DNA of 64,000 nt from Takakia lepidozioides. Lineage: Eukaryota; Plantae; Bryophyta. Under the pieces are notes generated by a model. It was not told the origin of the DNA and did not search any database. It saw nothing but the letters and a program-made list of their open reading frames with translations. The translations under genes were made by a program, and so were the position numbers. Below are positions 63,588-64,000 of the stretch, piece by piece (the stretch's first letter is position 1; the number at the start of each line of letters is the position of its first letter). Where the stretch lies: the NCBI GenBank assembly GCA_030704615.1, contig CM060733.1, positions 72,230,001 to 72,294,000 of the forward strand. Reading direction: 5' to 3'.

Positions 63588-64000
63588 GGAAATTCGGGAC
63601 CGCATTTCATTTTTCTCCAAGCAGCGATTTCTGGCAGCTCCCTTTCCTCCGTAACGGATATGTTGTACCGCATTTCATTTCTTGACATGGCATTACCATA
63701 CTTCGAATTGGAAATGCGGCACCGCATTCCCATATTGGACCTTGAATTGTCCAAGCATGTCCAATCGCCAATGCTTGTCCATGTCCGTTCTGGAAATGCG
63801 GCACCGCATTTCCATGCCCGTCATCAAATTTTCTTATTGGACAATGGAATGCGGTGCCGCATTTCCATCGAAGGGTCTGGAATTGGACAATCAACGATGT
63901 CTGTTTTGGAAATGCGGCGCCGCATTTCCATGTTTGGCAATCAAAAGTTCTTATTGGACATTGGAATGTGGTGCCGCATTTCCGTCCAAGGGTCTGGAAT
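63588..64000. repeat. Array of GGAAATGCGG-CR-CCGCATTTCC palindromes (runs off the window)
   Basis: Copies near 63710, 63792, 63846, 63908 and 63963, with partial copies at 63590 and 63660. Confidence 0.88.

Noticed and set aside
63588-64000. CRISPR-like array of palindromic repeats with spacers
   Set aside because: Spacers alternate and resemble each other (~117-bp dimer), lengths vary, the context is eukaryotic and no cas genes are present.

Overview
Eukaryotic DNA, most likely from a non-seed land plant (inference from spliced plant genes, AAACCCT teloboxes and the TE types present). I can support one intact host gene: a six-exon ERD2-related (ERP1-type) ER lumen receptor on the minus strand (10464-13482). 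The rest is a patchwork of decayed transposable elements. These include a Ty3/gypsy gag-protease remnant and three integrase fragments, a RandI/Dualen-like RT, a tRNA-derived SINE, L1-type pieces (one with a twin-priming-like inversion) and several tandem or palindromic repeat families. The most unusual part is 20.5-58.2 kb, which is bracketed by inverted arrays of a ~250-bp repeat. It holds an EDM2-like methyltransferase fragment, a zinc-finger/Ulp1 protease gene converging on a MULE-type transposase that sits next to a CACTA-type end, and a SWIM-finger gene. It also holds a spliced gene joining a ParB/Srx-like domain to a beta-class amino-methyltransferase-like domain, whose introns carry repeated 18-bp palindromes (ATAGTCG-N4-CGACTAT). 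All of these cargo genes are disrupted in this copy. Domain calls are by eye from motifs; no searches were run.
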